A stretch of DNA of 64,000 nucleotides. Origin: Sphaerodactylus townsendi. Taxonomy: Eukaryota. The notes under the pieces are model-generated. The model searched no databases. It was given only the letters and a program-made list of their open reading frames with translations, and had not been told where the DNA came from. The position numbers and the translations under genes were made by a program. This document shows positions 51,501 through 62,301 of this stretch, piece after piece; within the stretch, counting starts at the first letter, position 1, and each line of letters begins with the position of its first letter. The stretch spans positions 64,480,001 through 64,544,000 of the forward strand of contig NC_059427.1 in the NCBI RefSeq assembly GCF_021028975.2, read 5' to 3'.

Positions 51501-54500
51501 ACATCTTACAGAGACATGCCTCTGAAGACGCCAGCCACAGAGGCGGGTGAAAACTTAGGAGTTAAACCTAAGAGTCCATGGTCACACAGCCCAGAAAACC
51601 CATGCAGCAATGCTTAAATTGCAACAACATCAGAACAAAGAGTAAAATGTGAAAGGACACAACCTATTCTTCAGTACGTATGAATCATAAATCATTACAA
51701 TAGCATTGCAGAAAGATCCCATCCCTTATTTCTACCTAAGCCCCTGGAAAATCCCCCATGGCCCTATTAAGTTTCCTTGGGAAGGGATTGGTAACCTATT
51801 ATACCAGTCTTGCTTCCTAGTTGCAAAACCTATTTTGGTTCTTGGCAAGGACTTTTCTGAACTAATTTTAAAGGAGAAAGATGCTACAGAAAGTGAGGTA
51901 AGGAGAGATCGAATGAAACTATGTGCTGTGAGAGAATGAAAATATGGGCTGTGGGAAAACACAAGACATCATACGTATGTTTAGGATTACAGCCATGTTT
52001 ATTTAACACTGTGTTCCACTGAATCCACTGGGCTTTACTTCCCAAGTGAGTGCACAGAAAATCCACATTAGCTGTGCACTGAAGTAAAAGCAAAGAAAAT
52101 TCTTGGTTGACATCGACCTGAGATTTTAAAATCCTGGTCGAGTAACATTTTCCCCTCTACTGTTCTGCTCCCCACATTCAGCAACAGTGGGGAATAAGTT
52201 AACTGATTACCCTGTCAGATTTTAAGAAAAATAGATGATTCCCTATGAATCCAGGAAACGAGACTCACTGTATAATTCAACAGTAATTCCGCTATTATGT
52301 TCTAAATAGCACAACCAGCACTTTAATGTTTGGGAGCTGTATACAGAGGCCTGGAGATAATCCCTCCCCTTTTGTTTCGAACTTTTCCTATAGGTCTCCA
52401 ACCTTCTTGGTATGATGACCCACTTGAAAAAACCAAAAACAAAACAGCCTTCACAAATCATTAGAACCGCAAAAGGCTTGGACCCATGTTCAGAAGTTCA
52501 CAACTTACTTTTGGACCAGCAAGAGTCACAGGCTGGGAAATACTAATGGCTGCTACTACAGGTTGAGTCACAAAAGGAAGAAGTAGGAAAGAGGCAGCAG
52601 AACGCTAGAATGGATCACACACTTCAGTCTTGGTGTAAAAAAACACCATGGAAATATGGTTTTAAAAAACCTAGCAGAACAGGGACAAAGATTCGACCTT
52701 TCTTCGCCTACGGGGGTTGGGGAGTCCATTGCAAAACGTGATCATCGGCTGACTCCAACACTTTCTGCAAGTCAGTTTCTCCTGCTAGAAAACAGGGTGG
52801 CAGGCCGTAAACTACTCTTAAAGAGAGAGCAATGGAGAGGCTTAAAGACTTTTAAGGACGACAGGAAAGGGGCGGACTGAGCCGCAAGAAACCTTCACCT
52901 GGATGGCACAGGTTGGCCCGATCTGGGCAGGCCTCGAAAGTTAAGGAGCGTCGGTCTTGATTGTGAGATCACCAAGCAATAACGAGGAGGCAATAGAAAT
53001 CTGCCTTCGAACGTCTCTTCCCGTGAAATCCCCAGGACGGCCGCCATTAATCAGCAGTGACTTGCTAACCAAAGATAGCGTGGCACTAAGGCCCCTTCCG
53101 CACATGCAGAATACACTTTCAATCCACTTTCACAATTGTTTGCAAGTGGATTTTGCCATTTCGCACAGTAAAATCCAGCTGCAAAGTGCACTGAAAGGGG
53201 ATTGAAGGCATTATTCTGCATGTGCGGAAGGGGCCTAAGAGTGTTGGCAAGGTTCAGATTAGAATTATTGTTATTATGAATATAATAGAGCTGCCTCTCT
53301 ATCTAGAGTTTCCGTTACAGCCACCTAGGCCAAGGGCAAGGGAACTCTTCTCCCCTCAAGCCAGAGGGAAGAAAGAGAGGCAAAGGTTCCCAATTACAGA
53401 CAAAAGTCTTACTCAGAATAAAAGCAGAGTTTATTTCTAAGCCAGCACAGATCCCACCTAAAATGAGAGCTGCCCCGAACTGGTGGAAGGTCCAGGGTTT
53501 TTAAAGGGTCTCTTTGGGGTACATCAAAGCAGAGTCACATACGTTGCAAAAGATTTAGGATTGCAACAAATTATCCCACGTCAAACATTTGGTACAAGTT
53601 CCCAAGCAGCGCATTTCTAAACCAAGTGAATGTGAGAACAGTTATCTATTGCATCCTGGCTGCTCCGGCTATCACCTTGTTTATGGTACTTCTTGTAACA
53701 ACAGTAAGGTCATCAAGTTCCTGAGAGGCCAGGAAAACATGGACGGGGTGTTTAGACATTCAAGTTGTTTATGGCTATCTCTGCATATTGGAAAGGGTTA
53801 TCTTCCCAATATCTAACAGTAAATTAGCCCTATAGACTGAGGGGCTCCTTGTCTGGGTAATTAACTAAGGAATGTAGTTAGCCTAACCTAAGAGCAGTGG
53901 GAGAGATCTATCTAAGCAATACTACTATATTGCTATCTTTATATTGTATTTCTTTAAAGCATAATTTCCAGTTCTTCAGCGTTGCTCACAAGAGGCAACA
54001 GTAAAACAGTCCGGAACCGTCTTTTCTGCTATTTTAAGATTACTACACAATCTAACCTGCAGCTCTCCAGATGTTCATGGACTATAAATCCCATCAGCCC
54101 CTGCCAGCATGGCCAATTGGTTGCAGACCCCTGACCTAGACACGTGCCCGGCCCACTGCGCTCACAATCCACATCTCCAACAAGCACAGCGAAAGTGGCT
54201 GGCATCAGTAGGCGCGGGTTCAAATCTTCCCGCGGCCATGAAGCTCGGTGGGTGACCTGAGGCTAGTCCCCAAAGCCTCTTCTCACTCAAAGGGTTGTTT
54301 GCTGCGATGATAAAACGAAGCCGCCCTGAGCTCCTCAGAGAAGGGCGAGATAAAGAAGTATTAAATACGTTCTTCGTAGCCCTAAAAGCCCCTGCCCCCA
54401 CAAAAGAGCAATCTTTCCCCCCCTCCATACACTCAAAGGAGGAAATCAGGCCACTCGGCTTGCCACAGCCCTCCACAGAACCAACGACCCACCAAAGGCA

Positions 54501-54624
54501 CATTTGGGGGGACTGGCAAGCCGAGAGGCTGCGAGACGCCCCGAAGCGCTCCAGCCCACTTACTGCGCCCCATAACCCCAATCCAGCCCCCCCCCCCCCA
54601 GCACGACTTACTCGGTCGCTTCAT
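36520..54624 (-). CDS. GNL3: G protein nucleolar 3 (nucleostemin), complete, about 553 aa
   Basis: Fifteen exons: 54612-54624, 50861-50919, 49904-50041, 48477-48587, 47887-47970, 44967-45102, 43590-43693, 42485-42626, 41026-41113, 40211-40385, 39456-39598, 38877-39013, 37265-37446, 36682-36763, 36520-36587 (1662 nt). Starts [24 protein letters not shown]. Circularly permuted GTPase motifs [21 protein letters not shown]. Acidic tail ends [11 protein letters not shown]. Confidence 0.97.
38268..38733. mobile_element. Non-autonomous hAT element
   Basis: TIR CAGTGATGGCGAACC/GGTTCGCCATCACTG with a perfect 8-bp TSD CCTCAGAG. Confidence 0.92.
39861..39925 (-). ncRNA. SNORD19: C/D box snoRNA, SNORD19 family (GNL3 intron 10)
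   Basis: Minus strand reads ATGAGGA (C-like box) ... GTGAAGA (C') ... guide AGATCCAACT + CTGA (D box). The guide is complementary to 18S AGUUGGAUCU. GNL3 is the known host gene. Confidence 0.85.
41806..41878 (-). ncRNA. SNORD19: C/D box snoRNA, SNORD19 family (GNL3 intron 8)
   Basis: ATGAGGA ... GTGAAGA ... AGATCCAACT-CTGA, with a perfect 8-bp terminal stem GAGTGAGA/TCTCACTC. Confidence 0.9.
44388..44459 (-). ncRNA. SNORD19: C/D box snoRNA, SNORD19 family (GNL3 intron 6)
   Basis: GTGAGGA ... CTGA (D') ... GTGAAGA ... AGATCCAACT-CTGA, with terminal stem GTGAGC/GCTCAC. Confidence 0.9.
45625..46605. mobile_element. Non-autonomous Tc1/mariner (Tc2-like) element, second copy
   Basis: CCGTATATACTCG...CGAGTATATATGG TIRs, with the same internal repeats as 6240-7151. 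Confidence 0.8.
50946..51604. mobile_element. Penelope-like insertion with inverted pseudo-LTR arms, containing a SINE 3' fragment (about 51125-51243, minus)
   Basis: Flanked by a 13-bp direct repeat CAGCAATGCTTAA (50933-50945 and 51605-51617). Arms at about 50980-51120 and 51440-51604 are inverted. Each arm has CCTCTGAAGA...GAA...AGG. Confidence 0.65.
53090..53235. mobile_element. PIF/Harbinger MITE
   Basis: TIR GGCCCCTTCCGCACATGCAGAATA with TSD TAA. Related to the elements at 27002 and 16566. Confidence 0.88.
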
Positions 54625-55160
54625 GGCGCCCACGAAGGAAACTCCTACCCCGCACGTGGAAGAAGGAAGCCTCCGCAAGCACAGCGGCGCGGCCGTAAAG
54701 CACTCCCCGTCCTCCCCTCCGCCCGGGCTGTCGCGCGCCAAGCCTCGTTTGGCGGCCGGGGCCGGCTTTGCGACAGCGGCGGGCTTGCTTGTGAGCGGGC
54801 GGGCGAGGCGAGCGGCAACAGTGGCGGCGACGCGGGCAGCGCGGGGGGCAGCGGCGGCGGCGGCGGGGGCTGAGCACGGCCGCGGCTGCAGGAGGCGGAG
54901 GATCAGCAGTAGCGGCGGCGGCGGCGGCAGGGCTGGCTGGGTAAGGCGAGGGGCCGGGCTTGGCTCGGCTCGGCTGAGCGGGGAAGGCAGGAGGCCGAGG
55001 CGGGTTCCCTTTGTGTGGCCGCAGAACTACGGGTGGGGGTCCCTTCCCCACAGCGCGGAACTCTTCCCCTTTCCTACCGGGCAAGGGGGTTACGCTCCCC
55101 TCTACCCTTCCCCGGAGCTCCTCTTCCTGTACCCCAACGATTGGCCGTCCAATACCCTGA
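54140..55160. promoter_or_regulatory. CpG island, bidirectional promoter of GNL3 and PBRM1
   Basis: GC/CpG-rich. GNL3 ATG at 54624 and PBRM1 first-exon donor at 54941. E-boxes CACGTG at 54141-54146 and 54653-54658. E2F-like TTTGGCGG at 54748-54755. Confidence 0.85.
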
Positions 55161-56972
55161 ACTGCTCCTAACCCACTAACCCTCTTTCTTTCTCTTAGAG
55201 TTATACTTTTACAAACCCCCATTTCTTTTATGCACTCTCTCCCTGTTTCTCACCTGTGGCTTGTCCATCTCTAATTTTGTGCAGCCTTTAAACCCTTGTG
55301 TTGAAATCGAATTTGGAAAACCGATATTTCCAACCTATTGAACAACCTGCACCATAAACTTCCTCGTGGTGGATTGTTTTTCACCAGGGTTCAGAGCGGG
55401 GCAACTTGTCAAAAGCAATGAGTGATTTTTTTGCTGCTGCTTCCTGTCTCCATTTAGGCTTGGAGACAGAGTCCTTAACTTTATAATAATGGTAATATTT
55501 GCTGTGACATTTCTATTTTCCTTAAGGTCATATCTTAATTTTTTTTACTAACCAAAATGACGGAAAGACTGTGCTTGTCTGATAGGCTTATGGTGTGTGC
55601 TTTGAAAGAGTGACAAACCAGATGAAATGAGGCAGAAGTTATGCTTATGATATTTTCGCACATAAATTCGTAGCAGTGTAAAATATTTTGTGCCAGTGTC
55701 CCACAGTTTCTTTATTACAATGTAGAAAGCCCATGGAACAGATTTTTAGGAAAAATAATTTAGTATTGGTGAAGGGCTTTTTGATATTTAATCACAAACC
55801 AACTTTAACAGCTTAAAAGCTGCTTTAGATTATACATTATACATATAGATGAGTACTAGATTTTGTTCAGACAAGTTGCATAGTGCTGTTCTTTGGAAAG
55901 GGTAAATTTTGTTCCTGTGACAAAATAAATTGTCAGCACTAGAGTTGCTGACTGCCTCTCTTCATGAAAATATACACAATAGCTGTAGAAAAAAATAAAA
56001 AAGTGATATCCAGTACCAAATTTGTGATTTAACGAAGCAACAGTTTTCTGTGATGGGGAATTGTCAGTGTTGATCCCGATGAAGACAGAAATACAAGTTA
56101 CTATTTCAGAGATTAAAAAGCGTTTGTAGTAAAAATCTGTTTGAAGAGCAATTTCATTTGAAAACAACCTTGTTACCATTTTGTTTGTAGAAGTACTAAG
56201 ATAGTTTTTTTTCAGTTAATAGCAATTGATCTGTGGAGATTATGCATATTTACTGTACTTCATGGGGACTGATAGCTTCTCATGTCCTCTCAACTGAACT
56301 AAGGATTACATAAAGATATGAATGAGTTAATTGTCACTGTTTATATGAATTTGACTTCTGGTTTTCAGTTCAGTAAGCATACATGCAGATGTACTTATAA
56401 TAATCAAAAACATTTCCTGCAATGTCAGGAAGTCCATTCCTAAGTTCTTTATCTAGAAAGACATTAGTTGATGTATTGAAATTTCCACAGTGATGTATAA
56501 TAAAAACATTAAAACCCCAAACAATAAAATAGCAGCTTTTTTGAGAGTTTCATAGCCAGTCATCATTCTAGAAAGTTTATTGGGGTCAAAACTACTATTC
56601 ATTGCATGGACATCTTTCAAAGAGATTAGTTGCTATCTTACTCTTGTCCCTCCCAAGATCTTATTTCTTTAAATGAAAGTACTCAAACAAGTCTTGGGGT
56701 AAGGGAGCTGAGTAGGCCCAGTTTAGTGATATAAAGGAATAGCCCAGTACATTAAATTGACCCTGGAATCATGTAGAAAACTGGTCCAGTTGGGCTGTGA
56801 CTGGGGTATTTTTGTTTATGCCAGTTCTAGTTAGTAAACAAGGCAAATCCTAGGCAAATCCAAGGCATGTGTGTAAAGCAATCCAGCGAATTTTACTGGT
56901 GTGAATGGGTGCTGACAGGAGGATACCACAAAAAAGGTTCAGGATTGGTGCTAAAAATATTCCCAAGAACAT

Positions 56973-57292
56973 CAGTGGCATAATGGTTAAGAGTAGGTGC
57001 AGTCTAATTTGGAGGAACCGGGTTTGATTCCCCGCTTTGCCACTTGTGCTGTGGAGGCTTATCTGGGGAATTCAGAGTAGCCTGTGCACTCCAACACACG
57101 CCAGCTGTGTGACCTTGGGCCAGTCACAGTTCTTCTCTTAGCCCCACCTGCCGCACAGAGTGTTTGTTGTGGGGGGAGGGGGAGAAAGAGAAAGGAGATT
57201 ATCAGCCTCTTCGAGTCTTCTTACAGGAGAGAAAGTGGGTTATCAATCCAAACTCCTCCTCCTCCTCCTTCTTCTCCTCTTCTTTCTTCTTC
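56973..57292 (+). mobile_element. Squam3-type SINE
   Basis: Same A/B boxes and body as 26161, with a (CCT/CTT)n tail. Confidence 0.85.
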
Positions 57293-58308
57293 AAGGGACT
57301 GTGTGGCAAAGAATTCACTATCCTCAGATCATTTGAGCCATTGTTTTTGTTTGGATTCATTTTGCAAATGTATTTGCCTATAACCCATTTACAGCATCCC
57401 TGTTTTTTAGGGATGCAATTGCTATTTTTGACTCCAAGAAAAAGTAGTAATAATGTTATCAAATTGTCTCTTTATTTGGTGACTTCAAACAGTTTTCCTG
57501 TAAAGGTATGCTCAGCGGTAGATGTATATACATATGTGAGAAAATGAGATTCATTGGAAAAGGTAGTGAATTGACTCAATAAAGGAAGCCATGGCCTTCA
57601 GTTTGCGAGACTTGAACAAGCTTGTTAATGATAGAAAGTTTTAGTGATCCATCATTCATAGGATCACATAAGTCAGAGGTGGTTTGATGGCACATGCCAC
57701 AGGTGTGTTTGTTTAATTATTTTTAGGGTTTTCTTTTTAACAGATACAATCATTTACCTTGTAACATGTACTTCCAACACCATCAATTTGGTGTGATGTG
57801 GACAATTACTAGATTCTGCTAATCTTCAGACCTCTGAAGCCTTCACTGCTATACTCCGAACATCTATCAGTAGTATTTTTGTAATTAAATATTTGAGCTA
57901 TTCTTTGGGCTTGTGCTAAACAGCCACTGAATTCTATCATATTATTCCCTTGTTCTTGGAATGTTAGGGCTGCAGTCCTGTTCCACTAAAATTAATAGGA
58001 GTTTTTCCATTTGCTTCAGTAGGAGGAGGATTTTCACCCGTTGTTTAGACATTTTGATAATGCCCAAATGGTTCTGAGTCTGAAATGCTGACAGCCTAAT
58101 TATGCATGTTCTTGCTTTCCCTGTGTTTTATGGTAAGGTCTTTCCTAAGCCATTCTTCTTGATTTATCTGTTTTTCTCTTATTCCTATTCTTTATTGTTC
58201 TTTCATTTGTTGTCTTCTCTTTCAGTTTTGGCTGTACTAATACTACTGCTGAATTGGTGCATTAAGGATTTGCCTTTACCACATTTCTTTACTTGCCTAA
58301 CAGACATT

Positions 58309-58356
58309 ATGAGGAGACTGGCTTTTCGTGGTGCTGGTTGTACTCTGGTAAATCTG
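58309..58356 (+). CDS. PBRM1: PBRM1 alternative upstream exon encoding N-terminal extension MRRLAFRGAGCTLVNL
   Basis: Acceptor AG at 58302-58303, ATG at 58309, donor GT at 58357. Splices in frame to AAG AAG TTG GAT TCC ATG (KKLDSM) at 62287. Matches the recalled mammalian long isoform MRRLAFRGAGCALVKLKKLDSM. Confidence 0.85.
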
Positions 58357-60432
58357 GTAATTTACTGATAATGTGTGTACTGTTTTGTCCCCCTCTTCCA
58401 TGCATTTCAGCCTTTTTTTGCATGACAAATCGTTCTTGTTCATCTGTTTCACTCTTGACTTCGTAGTTAATCCTCTTTTCTCAATATGAAATGCAGCCCC
58501 AGTTTGGTCAGACTTTTAACACATCAATATGAACAAGTTATTTGGAATTACACTGAAGGCTTGGATGTACAGTTTGGTTAGTGATTGAACATGTCTCAAT
58601 GGAACCCACTTAAATTGTCACATCATTAATAGAATGCACTACATTGAGTGCACTACATAGATTGTTTTGTTAGTCATTTAAGGCACGATGAATAATTGAG
58701 GAATCCACAACTTCAGTGCTGGATGTAAAAAGCTGAAATATTTCTCCAGACCTGGTTTTGAGGCATTATTGAGGATGAGATTGGCACTCTGTCTCAGAGA
58801 TAGAGGATTGTTTAAAAATCATATCACATCAAATTTATTTATTTCACTATGCATGTGGGCCCAATGTCTGCCATGTTTTCAATTCTTCAGGATTGGTGAA
58901 CAGCTTCAGTCAGTTTTGTATGCATCGTGGCCTCAGCATCCTCCGGTAATACCAAAAGTATCATTAAATAACCAATAATGGTTTGTTTATTCTTGGAGGT
59001 GGCTCCTTCAGTCTCAAATGCAGTTATTTTTCATTATCTACCCTGAATAGCTTGTCTCTAGCGAATAAATATATTTTCTACCACTTAATTCTCGTTGAGA
59101 GCTAGTTTCTTGATACGTTGTTGGCAGCATAAAAATGCAATGTTTCAGTTTTTAAAATTGTTGTACAGTATACCTTTTGGAAGTTCCCATCTGCCACGCA
59201 TACCTTTTGGAAGTTCCCATCTGCCATCTGGTGTGTTCTTATGTGGGAACAATTAATTATTCTCTGATAGAGAGTTATATTTACATTCTGTTGACATCAA
59301 GTTACAGTTAACCATAACTGATTTAAGCCACATTGATTTCACAAGCTATGCAGTTTACTTTCCTTCAGCCTAATATAGGATGTAGATTTAGAGACAGATT
59401 ATGCATTATACTACTATGCGGCATTATTACCAAAAGTGACATCTCCGTGGATAGTTCTTTCTCTGTTTTCTGTAATACATAGGAATTCCTACCATATAAC
59501 AACAACAATAAATAAATTAATATGTAGTGAATTTCTCCATTTCCAATTCACTGATAGGGTGCAGAAAAATGACAGTGCTAAATTGTATAGTCAGTGCAAT
59601 TAGTAGACATTACTGAAAAGGTGGGATACAGCTATAGAGACATCATTTTAGCTGGTGTGATGTGTACCATTTCTCTGTCTTTCTCCTAAATGCAGTAACC
59701 AAAATCTCAAATATTTCTTACCTCTTCTGCTCAAACTATTAGATCAGAAATCAGACGGTTTCCCAAAAAATTTTTTGAACTTATTTTAAGGTTTCTGGTT
59801 GCTGAACCTTGACAGTAATCTTGTAACTAGTGGCCCTCCATGCTGTGTAGTTCATGAGTCTTGTATTTTGTGGCCCAAGAATGGCTTGAAAAAATAGCTT
59901 CTTCTTTTTTTGCCTGCCTGTAGAGGTGTGGGGTGGAAATGTTTCTGTGTTTGCTTACAAGTTGGAACATTTTCCATTTCTAAAGCTCATAACATTAGTA
60001 GACGTGATTGGATGCCATTGCCAGTGTAATATGAGGCAAGATTGTCCATTTCAGAGTTGCAGTTAATATTTTTCAAGTGATTATCCCAGCAATTGTGTGA
60101 GAGATCACACATATATTTTACTGATTTGTTGGGGAGTCAAACAGCAAATAATAATCAATATAAAAATTGTTATGATTGACTGGGGCAGATCACATTGAAA
60201 CCAAAGCTAAAATTCTTATTTGTATGTCTGCTCTTGCATGGTGGTAAACATAGTATAATCACCACTCTGCTATGAAACGAAGAAGTGATGAAGTACCGCA
60301 ATTATTTTCATGGAGAGTATTTAAATCATTTAGCAATTGATGTGTGGACTCCATGACCACAGCATATTGTGCATAGTTCTTTGGGTTATAATAAAATTAG
60401 TGAATCATTAATTTTGATTGATATTTTTCTTA

Positions 60433-60870
60433 GCAGTGGCGTAGAGGTTAAGAGCAGGTGTACTCTAATCTGGAGGAATCAGGTTTGATTCCCCGCTCTG
60501 CCACTTGAGCTGTGGAGGCTTATCTGGGGAATTCAAATCAGCCTGTGCACTCCCACACACGCCAGCTGGGTGACCTTGGCCTAGTCCAGGGGTAGGGAAC
60601 CTGCGGCTCTCCAGATGTTCAGGAACTACAATTCCCATCAGCCCCTACCAGCATGGCCAATTGGCCATGCTGGTAGGGGCTGGTGGGAATTGTAGTTCCT
60701 GAACATCTGGAGAGCTGCAGGTTCCCTACCCCTGGCCTAGTCACAGTTCTTCTCTCAGCCCCACCTACCTCACAGGGTTGTGAGGGGGGAAGAGAAAGGA
60801 GATTGTAAACCCCTTTGAGTCTCCTTACAGGAAAAAAAGCGGGGATATAAATCCAACTCTTCTTCTTCTT
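60433..60870 (+). mobile_element. Squam3-type SINE interrupted by a MITE
   Basis: SINE body is split at GCCTAGTC by the 148-bp MITE. (CTT)n tail. Confidence 0.88.
60587..60734. mobile_element. 148-bp palindromic hAT MITE
   Basis: Near-perfect 74-bp arms CAGGGGTAGGGAACCTGC..., with a perfect 8-bp TSD GCCTAGTC. Confidence 0.95.
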
Positions 60871-61164
60871 AAACAACACAAAGCTAGTACATTCTATATT
60901 GCAATTACATTTTTATAGGTATTGTTCCAATAAAAGTCATTACCACATCAAGTTTTGATTTTATTTGAATATAACATTTAAATAATATATTTTGGTTCAA
61001 GTTGTTGTTGCTATTGGAATCATATATTTTGGTTCAAGTAGTTGTTGCCATTGGAACATAAAGTTAACATGGATATATTTAACATTTGTTTACTAAATAT
61101 AAGTCAAAATGCACATTGTAAATCCAGTTTGAATATTGTGGAAAACACCCAGGACTGCCTACAA

Positions 61165-61543
61165 CAGGGGTAGGGAACCTGTGGCTCGAGCCAAGACAGT
61201 ACTCTTCTAAGCCTCTGCACTGTGTGGCTCCATGAGCTAAGCTGTCGGGGTTCTATCCTGCCCGCACTGCAGGCAGCAGGGCGGCGCACTAACTGCCCAC
61301 AGTCGCCAGCCACCGGCTTTCATTCTTGCCCGCCTGGAGTATGGTAGCTCGGCCGCAAGGTCGGTGCTGGTTTTATATCTCTGCTCCGCCTCTGCAGGCA
61401 GTAGGCTGGCACATCCGCGTTTTCTCAGAATGTGTTATCTTTATTTTAAATGTCAAAAATTATTTGCGGCTCCAAGTGTTTTCTTTTCCCATGGAAAACG
61501 GGTCCAAATGGCTCTTTTAAGTGTTAAAGGTTCCCTACCCCTG
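61165..61543. mobile_element. Non-autonomous hAT element with the same TIR as the 148-bp MITE
   Basis: TIR CAGGGGTAGGGAACCT with a perfect TSD GCCTACAA. Confidence 0.92.
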
Positions 61544-62301
61544 GCCTACAAGAATAGGTGGATGGTAAAATACCAGATATACGGAACTACATAGTTAGTA
61601 GGCAGACTATAAATAAAATTAATTGTACACCCGCTTTACAGTTAAGTTTACCATTGATTATCCTTTTTAAAAATGTCTTGATCAGAAATATCTGATAAAT
61701 AGCTTGTGCCTTATTCAGTTATTCTTTGGAAACATTCCCATCAAAATTTGAGGTTATTTTTTTTTAAAAGTCATTTGTTATTGGATGGTTGCCATTCTGC
61801 TGGAATTAATAGTAATGTCACTGGGTCACTAATTAAGAAAAAAAAGCTTTCTTTTATCCATTAGTCATTAGGACCAGACTGATTCTCAGGTGTTTGAGAC
61901 CACTGCAGAAATTGTTGTGGATGTTGCAGCTTGTTTAATCTGAGAACAGATGTTATATATATTGTCCTTTTTTCTCTATTACCTGTCGTGATACTTAACC
62001 ATACTAGTTGTGTGCATGTTCGATTTTGTGATACAGAAAGATTTGAGGTCTTGCTTTTGCTGTGGTCACAATGTTCGTACCATCATCTTTTTGCTGGTGT
62101 TGTAATCATGTGCTTAGATAATAGAAAGATAAATTGGCATTACAATAAGATAAACATGCAGAATGATAGGGAAATTTTTAGTCATGTCCACCTGTGTAGG
62201 GTCTAAAAGAACTGTAGGTTTAATATCTTGTCATTCATTCGAATCTTTGATAGCCTCATGTGTAAGAACGCTTTTCTTTATTATAGAAGAAGTTGGATTC
62301 C

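Noticed and set aside
53313-53818. LTR-like segment (minus-strand AATAAA, ends ...AACA)
   Set aside because: No matching TSD or clean TG start, so it could not be supported.
54162-55222. Long overlapping ORFs (139-204 aa) at the GNL3/PBRM1 promoter
   Set aside because: GC-rich CpG island depleted of stop codons. Low-complexity Ala/Gly/Arg/Pro translations with no recognisable homology.
59169-59226. Short tandem duplications (also 9031-9150, 25310-25358, 60980-61056, and the 1233-1365/1554-1720 pair)
   Set aside because: Ordinary slippage or old repeats. Not CRISPR-like, as there are no spacers and the context is eukaryotic.
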